From: a virus
Direction: 5' to 3' (one strand)
DNA length: 64,000 nt
Virus record (IMG/VR): IMGVR_UViG_3300043436_004480
Span: 1-64,000 of that record
Translations under genes and position numbers: made by a program
Notes under the pieces: model-generated
What the model was told of the DNA's origin: nothing
Databases searched by the model: none
The model's input: only the letters and a program-made list of their open reading frames with translations
Shown: positions 44,821 through 56,042 of the stretch, one piece after another
How positions within the stretch are numbered: the first letter of the stretch is position 1
How the letters are laid out: each line of letters begins with the position of its first letter

Positions 44821-46969
44821 CCGTTCTAACTTTATTCTTCCTGAAATACCTTTAATAGATCCGAGAAGTCCAGAATATACAGACTTCTGGAGAGGAGAAA
44901 AAAGAAAAGCTATTGAAGGAGTTTGGGCAGGAGGATTTTGGTGTCCTCCTACTGTATATCATTATGCAAACTTTAGTAATATAGATATTACTCAAGGAAA
45001 GATAAGGGTGCAGAAGAGAGCTGAACTCAGAGATTTAGAATGGGAAAAGGGGAAAGTTCATGCAGTAATGAGAGGATTTTCAGGATTTGAAAACGATCCT
45101 GAATTTACTTGTGATATAACTGCAAAAGAATTTGGAGTAGATGCAAAAGGAAGAAAGTATTTAGAACCTATGGACTATTTAAACCGTTGGTTTAAAACAG
45201 ACTTAGGAAAAGCTAGATATAATAATCCGAACTTAAATCTTTTAGATATGGAAGCACGTGGAACAGGAAAATCTTTCTGGGCTGCGAATTTAATATCTCA
45301 TTACTTTTTGTATGATGGTGCAACAGACTATGATGTGTATTCACATCAAAGAAATATAGGTGAGCAGATGAACTGCGAAATTATAGTTGCTTCTGTTCAA
45401 GACACTTTCATTGATGCTTTGCTTTCAAAAGTAGATAAACACTTAAGTAATTTACCCGGAGGACAAAGTATAAATGGAAGATACCATCCATCACCTTTAT
45501 CAGTTACATACGCTGGACAATTAGATAGCAAAAATAAATCTGGAATTGTAAAAGGAAGAAATGTAAAGAAAGGTGGAGTTTGGGTATTCGAAGGTTCGCA
45601 GACTCAAATATTAGTAAGAAACGTAGGTACTAAAAAAGCAGCTTCTTCTGGTAGTCGTGCAATGTATGTTGCAATTGAAGAGTGCGGACTTGATCCAAGA
45701 TTAGATGATGTATTTGCAAACTTAAAAGACGTAATTAAAACAGATACTGGAAACTTTGGTTCTATACATATGTTTGGAACTGGAGGAGAAGTTGCAGCAG
45801 GAAAAAGTCAAGCTGCAAAAAAGATGTTTTCTAAGCCTAGAACGTATGATTGTTTGTTTTTTACAGACAAGAAAGGAACAGAAATAGGATATACAGTTCC
45901 TGCATATAAAAAGTATAATGAATTCAGAGATGATAATGGTATTCTAGATGAAGCAAAAGCATTAGCTTTCTATAATAAAGAAAGAGAACGAGAAAAAGGA
46001 GATACAAAATTATATTATGATTTTATTCAAAACAATCCGTTAGAATGGGAAGAGATGTTTCTAATTCCGGGAGGAAATAGATTTCCTACTCAGTTATTAG
46101 AACAACAAAGAAGTTATTTAATGACTGCTGCACATCCTAGAGAACTAGGAATTTGCGGAGAATTAAGTTCAATTGGTGCAGATGGAAAAGTTACATTTAC
46201 TCCAGATTTAGAAAACAAACTAAAACCCGCATCTTATCCAGTAGAAGATAAGAATAATAAAGATGAAGGTTGTGTAGTTATATTTGAATTTCCAGATGAA
46301 GATTTAGTTCAGCACGATGGAGTATATATTGCAGGACTAGATCCATATGATCACGATGATGCAAGTTCAAGTTCTTCATTAGGTTCTATAATAATATTCA
46401 AAAGTTGCAGAGCAAACAAATATAAGAAAGATGCAACATCAGAAATCATAGTTGCAGAATATACTGGAAGACCTAAGTCAGCAAATGACTTCTATGAAAT
46501 TTCGTTAAGACTTTTATGTTTTTATAACGGAAAAGTTCTTTATGAAAATGAAAAGATAATGGTGAAAGCTTATTATCAGAGAAAAGGTTTTGCACATAGA
46601 CTTGCAGGAACTCCAAATATATTGAGATCGTCAGTTGATGCTTCAATAAAAAATAGAAATGGTGTTGGAATCAACATGACTCTCGACATAAAGAAAGAAG
46701 CAGAGGAAATGTTAAAAGATTATTTTACAGAATCTGTAATTATGCAAATTAAGTCCATTCCTATTCTGTCAGAAGCAATAGATTTCAATCTTTCTGGCAA
46801 CTTTGATAGAATGATTGCTCTAATGTTAGCTATTATTTATAACTTGCAAATAAAGACTGACGATGGTGATGAAACTCAGGCAGTTAATAATGACTTAATG
46901 GATTATCTTAGAAAAAAGACAGAGCATATGCGAACAAGACCGAATCTAAGAAATCTAATCCAGAGATAA
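44810..46969 (+). CDS. terL: Terminase large subunit
   Basis: ARGTGKS, IEECG, FGTGG, AGLDPY, SLGS, LYENE, NFDRM motifs. Confidence 0.93.
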   Translation: MLYNRSNFILPEIPLIDPRSPEYTDFWRGEKRKAIEGVWAGGFWCPPTVYHYANFSNIDITQGKIRVQKRAELRDLEWEKGKVHAVMRGFSGFENDPEFTCDITAKEFGVDAKGRKYLEPMDYLNRWFKTDLGKARYNNPNLNLLDMEARGTGKSFWAANLISHYFLYDGATDYDVYSHQRNIGEQMNCEIIVASVQDTFIDALLSKVDKHLSNLPGGQSINGRYHPSPLSVTYAGQLDSKNKSGIVKGRNVKKGGVWVFEGSQTQILVRNVGTKKAASSGSRAMYVAIEECGLDPRLDDVFANLKDVIKTDTGNFGSIHMFGTGGEVAAGKSQAAKKMFSKPRTYDCLFFTDKKGTEIGYTVPAYKKYNEFRDDNGILDEAKALAFYNKEREREKGDTKLYYDFIQNNPLEWEEMFLIPGGNRFPTQLLEQQRSYLMTAAHPRELGICGELSSIGADGKVTFTPDLENKLKPASYPVEDKNNKDEGCVVIFEFPDEDLVQHDGVYIAGLDPYDHDDASSSSSLGSIIIFKSCRANKYKKDATSEIIVAEYTGRPKSANDFYEISLRLLCFYNGKVLYENEKIMVKAYYQRKGFAHRLAGTPNILRSSVDASIKNRNGVGINMTLDIKKEAEEMLKDYFTESVIMQIKSIPILSEAIDFNLSGNFDRMIALMLAIIYNLQIKTDDGDETQAVNNDLMDYLRKKTEHMRTRPNLRNLIQR

Positions 46970-46975
46970 CGAACA

Positions 46976-49372
46976 ATGAATACTAACAAGATACTTTTCC
47001 AGACTGCTGCCGTAGGATTTCCTCCGCAGAAAATTGCCAGTTCCAAAAAAGGAAAAGAGTGGCAAAGACAATGTATGGATGCCATAATTGGAAAAGCTGC
47101 ATTGTTAAACCAACAAGGAGGAAGAAGAACAGATAGAAACTCAAAGATTAGAAATTATAATCTTTTGAATTCAATCTTAGATCCAAATGATTTTCAGTCA
47201 GTAGTTAGTTCATTAGGTTATACAGAAGATACACTTGCAAACGATCCCGCAAAACTGAGACCGTTTAATATGTTTTATCCAATACATCAACAGTTAATAG
47301 GAGAAGATTTAAAAAGACCTTTTCCTTTTACTGTATATGCTAGTGGTGGATCTATTGTGGAAGAAAAAGACAGAATGAAAAAAGAAGCAGTAGTTACTGA
47401 ACTTCTAAAAGGATTCCGTCAAAAAGTAAAAAGAACTGCAAATCCAGATGTTGAAGAAGAAGAAGTTAATCTTGATCAAGTTGTAAAAGATTACGGAAGT
47501 TCTTATTATCACAAGAAAGAAGTATTAGCAAATAAGTATTTGAAAAGTCTGTACAAGACTTGTGAATTAGATATAACTTTTAGAGATGGTTTAAGTCACG
47601 CAATTATAGTTGCAGAAGAACTTTACAAAGTTACAAAAGTAAACGGACAACCATCAGTAAGAGTAGTTGATCCTTTGCAGATCGAATTTGACTTACCTAC
47701 TGGATCTTCAAAACTTGAGGATGCATATTGGGTAAGAGAAGAAAGACAGATGACTCTTGCAGAAGTAATTGATGAATTTGCAGAAGACTTAACAGATGAG
47801 CAGATTTCCGAATTAGAAGAGTTAGGCGGAAACCACATGCAAGGTTATTCACCAACTACTGATTTTCCGGGAGTAATATCGAATGATATAGATATACGTA
47901 ATACAGAAAGGTATGGTTCTGCACAAGGAAGAAGTGTAGGAACCATAACAACTTTTGATGTGCATAATGTATGTTGGAAATCATTCAAGAAAACTCCTTA
48001 TTTAGAAGGAATAGATGATTCAGGAATTCCATTTAAAGTTCTTGTAGAAGAAAACAGAAAACTTACTTCTGAAGAAAAGAAAAAAGGTTACAAGATAAAT
48101 GTACTTTGGATAACTGAAGTTTGGGAAGGTGTAAAGATTGGCTACTTGCATTTGAAAGCAAATCCAACAGAAGTTAGATATGCTTCAATGAGCAATCCGA
48201 AAGCTGCAAAACTTCCTTACGTTGGTACAGTATATAATGCACTCAATTCTCTAGCAACTTCTATTATAGATTTAATAAGACCTTTAAATTATTTGAAGAT
48301 CATTATTATTTATAGATTAGAAAGAGAACTAGCAAAAGCAAAAGGTAAAAAGATAGTAATAGATAAAGCAAAAATTCCGGGAGATATGTCTTGGGATGAA
48401 TGGTTCTATTACTTAAATGAACAAGATGTAGAAATCATAGATACATCGAAGATTGGTTCTGGCTCTCCTAATCTTGCATACAATACTTATAAAGATCACG
48501 ATTTGACTATTTCGTCAAACGCAACTCAATACTTAGGTATTATACAATATATAGATAACGAAATTTTCAGAATTACTGGGATGAGTAGTGCTAGAATGGG
48601 AACTCCAACACAAGATGGACTTGGAGTAAACCAAATGGCAATGACTCAATCTTATGCAATTACCGAAAATCTTTTTTATCAGCATAATGATGTAAAGAAA
48701 AGAGTTCTTTCACATTTATTGCTTTTGGCGAAATACTGTTATGCAGATACAGAAAATGTAAAGTATCAGCAAATGAATGGCGACCTTCTGACGGAAATTA
48801 TAGAAATGGATGGTGGAATATTTGCTGATTCTGATTTCGATATATTTGTTATGAATAGTATCAAAGAAAATAAGATCTTTGCAACTATTGAAGCACTTGC
48901 TACTACTGCAATGCAGCAACAAAGTATAACTATGACAGAATTTGTCAAAGCATTAAAATCTGAATCATCTGCCGAAATGGAAGCTGTATTAGGAAAAGCA
49001 GAAGAAAGAAAACAACAACAACAAGAGGCATTCCAACAACAAAGTCTGCAAGTTCAACAAGAGAAAAACGAAATTGAAAAACAGAGAATGGAAATCGAAC
49101 GTCAAGAAAAACAACTTGACAGAGAAAACCAAGTTCTAATTGCAGAAATAAAATCAGGTAGCGACATACAAAGAACTATGTTAGGCCTAAATGATAATGC
49201 AGAAAATCAAGCAAACAGAACATTTGCATTAGATGCTGCAAAAAGTCAAACAGAAAATCGTAAAGTAGATGTCGAAGCTGCATTGAAGATTGCAGAACTG
49301 AAAACTAAAGTTTACGATGCAGATACCAAACTCAAAATAGCAAAAGAAAATAAACTACCCGGAGAAAAATAA
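46976..49372 (+). CDS. Portal protein
   Basis: Follows terL; crAss-type N-terminus (PPQKI..KEW), WEGVKIG, Q-rich C-terminal coiled coil. Confidence 0.88.
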   Translation: MNTNKILFQTAAVGFPPQKIASSKKGKEWQRQCMDAIIGKAALLNQQGGRRTDRNSKIRNYNLLNSILDPNDFQSVVSSLGYTEDTLANDPAKLRPFNMFYPIHQQLIGEDLKRPFPFTVYASGGSIVEEKDRMKKEAVVTELLKGFRQKVKRTANPDVEEEEVNLDQVVKDYGSSYYHKKEVLANKYLKSLYKTCELDITFRDGLSHAIIVAEELYKVTKVNGQPSVRVVDPLQIEFDLPTGSSKLEDAYWVREERQMTLAEVIDEFAEDLTDEQISELEELGGNHMQGYSPTTDFPGVISNDIDIRNTERYGSAQGRSVGTITTFDVHNVCWKSFKKTPYLEGIDDSGIPFKVLVEENRKLTSEEKKKGYKINVLWITEVWEGVKIGYLHLKANPTEVRYASMSNPKAAKLPYVGTVYNALNSLATSIIDLIRPLNYLKIIIIYRLERELAKAKGKKIVIDKAKIPGDMSWDEWFYYLNEQDVEIIDTSKIGSGSPNLAYNTYKDHDLTISSNATQYLGIIQYIDNEIFRITGMSSARMGTPTQDGLGVNQMAMTQSYAITENLFYQHNDVKKRVLSHLLLLAKYCYADTENVKYQQMNGDLLTEIIEMDGGIFADSDFDIFVMNSIKENKIFATIEALATTAMQQQSITMTEFVKALKSESSAEMEAVLGKAEERKQQQQEAFQQQSLQVQQEKNEIEKQRMEIERQEKQLDRENQVLIAEIKSGSDIQRTMLGLNDNAENQANRTFALDAAKSQTENRKVDVEAALKIAELKTKVYDADTKLKIAKENKLPGEK

Positions 49373-50244
49373 TGAGAACAAGATCAAAAATTAATTCTGA
49401 CGGTTCAGTTACAGAACGTAGCAATCTGTCAGATCTTAATAAATACCCAGACGGTACTAAAAAGGTAAAAGCACCTAGTACAGAAACGAGAGGTGATAAG
49501 ACTGCAACGGCAATGCCTGCAAAGAGAAAGGCAATGACTAATGAAGAAGAAATAAGAAGCACAAGAGGTACACAAATGGAGCGTGGTTCTTATTATGATA
49601 ATAAGGATAAAAATCAGTTTGAAGGAGATGTTTATCAAGCACAAGACAAAGCAAGGGATATAAAAAAGGCACAACAAAACCAAAGGGATAAAGCCCTTGA
49701 AAGAGCAGTATCTGGCAAATTTGAAAAAGGTACTTCTGGTGTTTCTAATTCCAAAAAATCTCTTGCAGAAAGATATGCAGAAAACAAAGGCGGATATGCA
49801 AGAGCATTACAATCTGGAAAAGTTGTAGAGAAAAACGGAAAGAAAGTTGTAACAGATCCAGATACAGGTCTGGAATATGAATACAAAGGGAATCCGGAAA
49901 AAACTTCTGAATCTACAAAACAAGGATTGTCTAAAATAAACAATCAGATTGATGGAGATAATTCTGCAAAGAGAAGAATGCCAAAAGCAATGAATTTAAT
50001 GCCACAATCTGACAAAGTTAATATTCCTATGTCAAATCCTAAATCAGGAAATTTAGGAACTCCAAAGACTTCTTCTATGTACGATAACGAAGCTGTCAGA
50101 AAGGCAACCGGCAGAACAGGTCAAATAAGTAACCGAGACAGAATAAACGCAGCTAAAGGTAATAATACTTCTAGCACATCTACACCGGTGACTGCTTTTT
50201 CAAAAAGGGAAGAAGAATTCCAGAGAAAATTAAGAAATAAATAA
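49372..50244 (+). CDS. Basic low-complexity virion-module protein
   Basis: K/R/S/G-rich; contains KFEKGTSGVS. Confidence 0.65.
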   Translation: MRTRSKINSDGSVTERSNLSDLNKYPDGTKKVKAPSTETRGDKTATAMPAKRKAMTNEEEIRSTRGTQMERGSYYDNKDKNQFEGDVYQAQDKARDIKKAQQNQRDKALERAVSGKFEKGTSGVSNSKKSLAERYAENKGGYARALQSGKVVEKNGKKVVTDPDTGLEYEYKGNPEKTSESTKQGLSKINNQIDGDNSAKRRMPKAMNLMPQSDKVNIPMSNPKSGNLGTPKTSSMYDNEAVRKATGRTGQISNRDRINAAKGNNTSSTSTPVTAFSKREEEFQRKLRNK

Positions 50245-50269
50245 TTTCGTAACCAATCTTTAAATTAAT

Positions 50270-51316
50270 ATGTCAACAAAAGCAAGTGAAATCGAAGAAA
50301 CCTTTGAAGATACAAATGACTTCATTGGAAATTTAGTATCGCAAGATACTTCTGCCCAGACAGATTTGAATTCAGGAGATAATGATCCTGATGAAGATGA
50401 TGATGATGCAGATGATGATTCTGGAACTCAGATTGCAGATGATTCTGCAACTAGTCAATCATCTCAGCAAACCGCACCTGCAAATAAATCAGTAGAAGAA
50501 ATTCTAGATGTATTTACAGAACATCTATTTATTCCAGCAGAAGGAGTAGATGTAACAAACAAAGAAGAAGTTTCAAAACTATTAGATTATCATAACACTA
50601 CTGTTATTGATACTTTTATAGATCAGACAAAAGAAAATCTATCTGAAAAAGAAGTTATGCTTTTAGAAGCACTTACTTCTGGAATTCCTTTGTCAGAAAT
50701 TGATTTTGATTTTCAGGCTGTTGATTATTCACAAGTGGATGAAACAGACGAAGAAAATCAAAGAAACTTGTTATTTGATTACTATGTTAATGTTAATAAT
50801 ATGGACGAAGAAGATGTAGAAATTTTAATTTCTTCTCTTAATCCTGAAACATTAGCTAGCAGAGCAAGAGTAGCAAAGGAAAAACTTTCCGATTTTCAAC
50901 TTTTGGAAATTCAGAATGCAAAGGAACTGCACGAAAGGAGACTCGAAGAACAAGAAATTATCGAGAGACAACAACTTGCAGATTTTAAGAGTAAAATTTT
51001 GAGTATAGACTCAGTAGCAGGAATGAATTTATCAAACGAAGATAAACTTGCTATATATGATTACTATACTTTGCCAGTAAAAAATGGAAAAACTCAAAAT
51101 GAGTTAGACCAGACAAGTATTGATAATGTTGCTTTGCGAGCAATAATGAACATAAAGAATATTTCTTTAGATAAATTGAGCAGACAGGCAGAAACAAAAG
51201 TTGTAAATAGACTTTTAAGAGTTGGTTCATCAGAACAAAATACAGGTGGCAGAACTGTTCAGGGAAAATCTGGAATTGCTACTACGCAAAATACTACCTT
51301 TGCTTATGACCTATAA
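50270..51316 (+). CDS. Acidic scaffolding-like protein
   Basis: Acidic helical protein directly upstream of the major capsid gene. Confidence 0.6.
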   Translation: MSTKASEIEETFEDTNDFIGNLVSQDTSAQTDLNSGDNDPDEDDDDADDDSGTQIADDSATSQSSQQTAPANKSVEEILDVFTEHLFIPAEGVDVTNKEEVSKLLDYHNTTVIDTFIDQTKENLSEKEVMLLEALTSGIPLSEIDFDFQAVDYSQVDETDEENQRNLLFDYYVNVNNMDEEDVEILISSLNPETLASRARVAKEKLSDFQLLEIQNAKELHERRLEEQEIIERQQLADFKSKILSIDSVAGMNLSNEDKLAIYDYYTLPVKNGKTQNELDQTSIDNVALRAIMNIKNISLDKLSRQAETKVVNRLLRVGSSEQNTGGRTVQGKSGIATTQNTTFAYDL

Positions 51317-51338
51317 TAATAACAATAATATATAAACC

Positions 51339-52859
51339 ATGCCAGCAGAAGCACAATTTAATGCAGGAAGGTTATCTAACTTACAGGTAACCACTCAAGA
51401 AGCACTTGTAGGAAATCTTTCTACAAGCGATCACTTAGAACGAATGTTCGCAACAGAACGCCATAAACTAGGAAGATTTTTATCTTACGAACTTGGTGGT
51501 AGGAATGTAAAAAATGGAAAATTCTTAATGCAGTTCTTGACTGGCGGTTTAGGAAATGAAATTTTTACAGAAAGCGAAGAATTCAGTTGGGATTTAATTC
51601 TCCCTCAGATTTATTACGGTGAAGTAATAAAAGATGCAACAGAAGTTGAACCGAACAACGAATTCGTTGGTAGGTATCATACTGTATTTAGGGTTGTAAT
51701 GAAAGATAAAGTCTTTAACCAAAGAGATATTATCTATTCAGATAAAAACATTGACATCACCTGTCAAGTTTGTGCAGAACCAGTTCCGTATTCAGCAGGT
51801 GGTTGGATGTATTCATTGGTAATTTCAAATGCAGACAAAGATTTGTATTTGACCAAAGATGCAATTAGTACTGGTGCTAAATGGAGCAGAGACTTTACAG
51901 CAGTTGAAGAACTGTCAACTAAAGTTGAAAGTGGTAGAGCGCATACATCAGCAATGTTTGTAAACAATCTTACCACAATCAGAACAGGTTATTCAGTTTC
52001 TGCAAAGTTAGCAATGCAGAAGATGATAATTGAAATTCCAGATTCAGAAGGTAAGTTCCACAAAAAATGGATCAACTATGCTGACTGGCAGAACATGATT
52101 GATTTCCAAAATGATTTTGAAAATCTATTGTTCTACGGAAATCCATCATTTGACCAAAATGGTTTGAGCCACTTAAAAGGTAAAAACGGAAAAGTAATTA
52201 AAATTGGTGCTGGGGTTCGTTCTCAGATTTCCGATTCAATGAAGCATTTCTACAAAGGTTCATTTACTTATGATTTCTGGGATGAAATCCTATTGGATAT
52301 GTCATACCAAGTACAAAGAAATGGTGGAAATCATAACTTTGTTGCATTCACAGGTAAAATGGGTATGCGTAAGATTACCGAAATGGTAAATAAGAAATGG
52401 AAAGGAATGGTTACTCCGAATTTCATTAGTAATGATGCACGTTTCTTGGATGGAAAAGGTCAAGAAATGCAATTCTTAGGAATGGAATTCCAAACAATTC
52501 ATTTCCCGAACGGAATTAAGTTAACCGTAAAAGAACTTCCTGCATACGATGAAATGTCAGGTCGTGGTTTAACAAGAGATCCGTTAACAAACAAACCAAT
52601 TGAATCTTCAAGATTTACATTGATGAATTTTGGTACAGCAGATTCAAGTGGTACTAAGAATATCAGAAAAGTCACCAGAAAAAGTTCAGAAAGAATGTGG
52701 TACACAGGTGGTTCAATTGATCCAATGGGTATTGTTTCAAATTCTAAATCGAAAATGGGAAGTACTGATATTGATGGTTACGAATTGCACAGGATTACAG
52801 AAGGCGGTGTAATTATTACCGATCCTACTCAATGTTGTGAAATTATCATGAAAGCATAA
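51339..52859 (+). CDS. Major capsid protein
   Basis: 506 aa, crAss gene order, NNLTTIR and GAGVRSQI motifs, followed by a strong terminator. Confidence 0.88.
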   Translation: MPAEAQFNAGRLSNLQVTTQEALVGNLSTSDHLERMFATERHKLGRFLSYELGGRNVKNGKFLMQFLTGGLGNEIFTESEEFSWDLILPQIYYGEVIKDATEVEPNNEFVGRYHTVFRVVMKDKVFNQRDIIYSDKNIDITCQVCAEPVPYSAGGWMYSLVISNADKDLYLTKDAISTGAKWSRDFTAVEELSTKVESGRAHTSAMFVNNLTTIRTGYSVSAKLAMQKMIIEIPDSEGKFHKKWINYADWQNMIDFQNDFENLLFYGNPSFDQNGLSHLKGKNGKVIKIGAGVRSQISDSMKHFYKGSFTYDFWDEILLDMSYQVQRNGGNHNFVAFTGKMGMRKITEMVNKKWKGMVTPNFISNDARFLDGKGQEMQFLGMEFQTIHFPNGIKLTVKELPAYDEMSGRGLTRDPLTNKPIESSRFTLMNFGTADSSGTKNIRKVTRKSSERMWYTGGSIDPMGIVSNSKSKMGSTDIDGYELHRITEGGVIITDPTQCCEIIMKA

Positions 52860-52881
52860 CAAAAAATATCATTATATTTGT

Positions 52882-52908
52882 GGGAGAAGAGCAATCTTCT
52901 CCCTTTTT
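52882..52908 (+). terminator. Intrinsic terminator
   Basis: GGGAGAAGA-GCAA-TCTTCTCCC-TTTTT. Confidence 0.85.
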
Positions 52909-52925
52909 ACTTAATCTAAACATCC

Positions 52926-53813
52926 ATGAGTATCAAAACTTTAGTACCAATTAAAGCAACTAATTCTTTTCTTGGTTTGCAGACAGATCCTGCATTGAAA
53001 AATTTAACAAGACTTCCAGAAGCAGGAACCAGACTAGGACTTGCAGAAGATGATTACGGAAATGTAATTACTGGGATTCCTGAAAGCGAAAGAGCAGAGT
53101 TAGAAAAAGAATTAGGATTAAAATCTGGTCAACTTTCTACAAGTTCTGAATTCTGGAGAACTTCTCCTGCATTCAAAGCAGGTATTACGATTCCAGCAGA
53201 AGGTTTAACTTTAGATCTAGGTAAAGCAGAGGATAAAGTTAAATGGTACTTGATGCAGACGTATGACATTTTGCAGACTGGAGCAATCAGAAAAGCAAGT
53301 CATGAATTTTATGTAAAAGATGAAGAACAAGAACTAAAAGTTTCTTCTGAAAAGCTTACTAAGAAGAAATTCTTGTACGGTTTGTATGTAAACTGGAATT
53401 TAAAAGACAAACGTGACTTCTTGTATGCATCTGGAGTAAAACATTTAGGTCTTTCTGAATTGAAGATTGATGATTTGGTTTCTACTAGAATTGAAGATAA
53501 GACCGCAGAATCTTATGAATTGTTAAAAGATCCAAGATACAATAAAATTGTAATGTTGGAAAAACTTTTAACTACTTCTGTAATTACATATTCTCCTCAA
53601 TTAATGAGATATGAATTCCAAGATGAAGCATTAGCAGAAACAAAAGATGGACTATTAGCACTACTTGCCAGACAGGATGAAAAAACTGGTGCATTAGTTC
53701 AAAGAATTAGACTTGTCTATGCAGACAGATTGAAATCTAATGAATATGTAGATTTAGCATCTGAAACTGATTTGACACCGGCAAAAGAAGCTCCCGCAAA
53801 AGCAGATAAATAA
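52926..53813 (+). CDS. Conserved crAss-like protein downstream of the major capsid gene
   Basis: 295-aa ORF; gene order. Confidence 0.65.
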   Translation: MSIKTLVPIKATNSFLGLQTDPALKNLTRLPEAGTRLGLAEDDYGNVITGIPESERAELEKELGLKSGQLSTSSEFWRTSPAFKAGITIPAEGLTLDLGKAEDKVKWYLMQTYDILQTGAIRKASHEFYVKDEEQELKVSSEKLTKKKFLYGLYVNWNLKDKRDFLYASGVKHLGLSELKIDDLVSTRIEDKTAESYELLKDPRYNKIVMLEKLLTTSVITYSPQLMRYEFQDEALAETKDGLLALLARQDEKTGALVQRIRLVYADRLKSNEYVDLASETDLTPAKEAPAKADK

Positions 53814-54541
53814 TGACAGCCTTAGAATTTCACGAACTCTTTAGACTTCGTATTGACAGAATGGATGGATCTTATCTCCCTGATATATTAGCAGAGGAGA
53901 TAGATTCATTTCTAAATGTTGCACAACTGCAAATTCTGAAAACGAAGTATGGAATAAATAATATTTACCAGAAAGGATTTCAAGAAATTCAGAAGAGAAC
54001 AGACGATCTGAATCCAATAACTGGGACTTTTTACTTATTCCCAGAAAAAGCAAAAGATAGATTGGAGAGGACGGAACTTAAATTCGACTTCTCCAAACTT
54101 CTATTGCCAACAGAACAAGCAGATTCATATTTAGAATCTTACTTTGTAGATAGCAATAAAGAATACTTAATATTCTTACGTGCAGAAGCAAGAACAAAAG
54201 TTGATAAATGTGATTACAATTGGCAAAAAGTAAATATTGTGCAAATTGATGATCTGAATCATTTGCTAAAAGATCCGCACAATCGTCCTACTGCTGAATA
54301 TCCAGTAGCTTACTTTGTCGAAAATCGAATTGTGATGCCCATTACAAATTTCGAAATAGAAGTGCTAAAGATAAACTGTATCTTTAAACCAGATAAAATA
54401 AGTCTAGCAGAAGATAAAACTACAAATTTACCTGAATTAGTTCACGATGAAATTGTAGAAAGAGCAATAACTCTAGCATTAGAATCTATTGGACATCCGA
54501 GAATTCAAATACAACCACAAATATCACAGAAAACTGAATAA
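53813..54541 (+). CDS. Tail or neck ring protein
   Basis: EEIDSFLNVAQ, KRTDDL, LPELVHDEIVERAI. Confidence 0.7.
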   Translation: MTALEFHELFRLRIDRMDGSYLPDILAEEIDSFLNVAQLQILKTKYGINNIYQKGFQEIQKRTDDLNPITGTFYLFPEKAKDRLERTELKFDFSKLLLPTEQADSYLESYFVDSNKEYLIFLRAEARTKVDKCDYNWQKVNIVQIDDLNHLLKDPHNRPTAEYPVAYFVENRIVMPITNFEIEVLKINCIFKPDKISLAEDKTTNLPELVHDEIVERAITLALESIGHPRIQIQPQISQKTE

Positions 54542-54543
54542 TT

Positions 54544-55971
54544 ATGAGTGAATTAGAAAATGCTACACGCAGGCAGTACATTCAAAATACGAATACTGCC
54601 GGAACAAGAACAGGTGATCCTGCTGCAAATTTAGCAGAAGGTGAAATTGCAATTGTAGATAGAGCCGGAAAAATCATAACTGTTGGTGGTGCAAATCCAT
54701 ACACAGGAAATGCTTTGCAGAAAGAAATTGCAATTGTGCAGAAACTTGACGGAAGTATTGATTATAGTCCGTGGTTTAAAACTTCGGATATTGAAGTTCT
54801 ATCAAAAGAAGCTTACAAAGCACCAGATCAACAAGTTTTGGTTTTAGGTGTTGCAGGAACAGTTGGCAGAAATCCAGTTTGGACTGCTGCGGAAACATAT
54901 CGAATGTCGGTGGAATTTGAAGACCGAACTCGTGTGGCTGCAAATAGAAATCCTGAAAGATACTTTGTTTCAACTCTGGCTACAACTAGTCAAGCTGATA
55001 AATTAGCACTGTTTTCAGATTTCTTAGCCCAACTTCAAGCAGATAACTATTGCAAAAAGTTTTGCAGAGCATATTTAACTGCAAATGGAAGTTTTGTTGC
55101 TTCTACAACAGCAGGAGCAAACGCAAACTCAACTTATGCATTTACAAAAGGTTCTAAAACAGTAACCGTTACTATTTTAGGAACTGCAACTGTTGGAAAC
55201 TCAGTTATTGCAGATGCTTGGTGGAAAATTTCAAATAATCCACAAACAAATTTAATTTCTGGCGCACCAGTCGCATCTTCTCCAGTTTATAAAATTGTAG
55301 CTGCATCTAATGCATCGCAAGTTTATACTTTGACTTTAGATCGTCCATACGAAGGTGAAACTCAGACTTTAACTTTAGGAGCAAACGCAGTTGCAACTCA
55401 AATTACAGTTATAGCTGCTGCAAATACAGCAACCGTTACTGAATTTGGAATTGGAATTGTTGGTTTACGTCAGCCATTCGGAGAAAGAATTGGCAGACAC
55501 ATTGTAAGAGTCTATGCAAACTTGGGCGTAGATGATATAAATCGTGGAATAAGAACTTTAACCGAATCAAGTTCTTCAACTTCAATTCAAGAAGCAGATT
55601 ACGGTGCAGGTGCTTGGGAAACAATTTTTGATATGGAAAGACAAAGTATGTTTGCAAATGGTTCTCAGAATCATGGAGAGTGCATTCGTATTCGTCCTGC
55701 ATTTAGAACTTTGGAAAATGGAGCGTACAGTCTCTTTAGTATTTTTGTTAACAGCAAAACACAAAGAGCAATGTACACAACAGGAGTTGCACCACTTGCA
55801 ATGCACATTGCAATAAATGCAGGAGCCGGTGCTGGATTTGAAACCTCTGATACAACAATGGTTTATTTCAATACTGTATTAGGACTAATTGCAGTTGCTG
55901 AAAAAATCGTACCTGATTCAACGGCTTGGAACGCAGCATATACAAGTGGCGGTGTAACTATTGCATCGTAA
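54544..55971 (+). CDS. Structural protein, candidate auxiliary capsid or decoration protein
   Basis: A/T/G-rich, beta-strand-like 475 aa, followed by a terminator. Confidence 0.55.
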   Translation: MSELENATRRQYIQNTNTAGTRTGDPAANLAEGEIAIVDRAGKIITVGGANPYTGNALQKEIAIVQKLDGSIDYSPWFKTSDIEVLSKEAYKAPDQQVLVLGVAGTVGRNPVWTAAETYRMSVEFEDRTRVAANRNPERYFVSTLATTSQADKLALFSDFLAQLQADNYCKKFCRAYLTANGSFVASTTAGANANSTYAFTKGSKTVTVTILGTATVGNSVIADAWWKISNNPQTNLISGAPVASSPVYKIVAASNASQVYTLTLDRPYEGETQTLTLGANAVATQITVIAAANTATVTEFGIGIVGLRQPFGERIGRHIVRVYANLGVDDINRGIRTLTESSSSTSIQEADYGAGAWETIFDMERQSMFANGSQNHGECIRIRPAFRTLENGAYSLFSIFVNSKTQRAMYTTGVAPLAMHIAINAGAGAGFETSDTTMVYFNTVLGLIAVAEKIVPDSTAWNAAYTSGGVTIAS

Positions 55972-55992
55972 TTACAGAATCTGTAAATTAAA

Positions 55993-56016
55993 AAAAGGGG
56001 GCGAAAGTCCCCTTTT
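55993..56016 (+). terminator. Intrinsic terminator
   Basis: AAAAGGGGGC-GAAA-GTCCCCTTTT. Confidence 0.85.
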
Positions 56017-56042
56017 CTTGTTTTATTTAGTTATATTTGTAT

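Noticed and set aside
18508-46969. Introns or inteins in the polymerase or terminase
   Set aside because: Both ORFs are continuous and of ordinary length, with no splice or homing-endonuclease motifs seen
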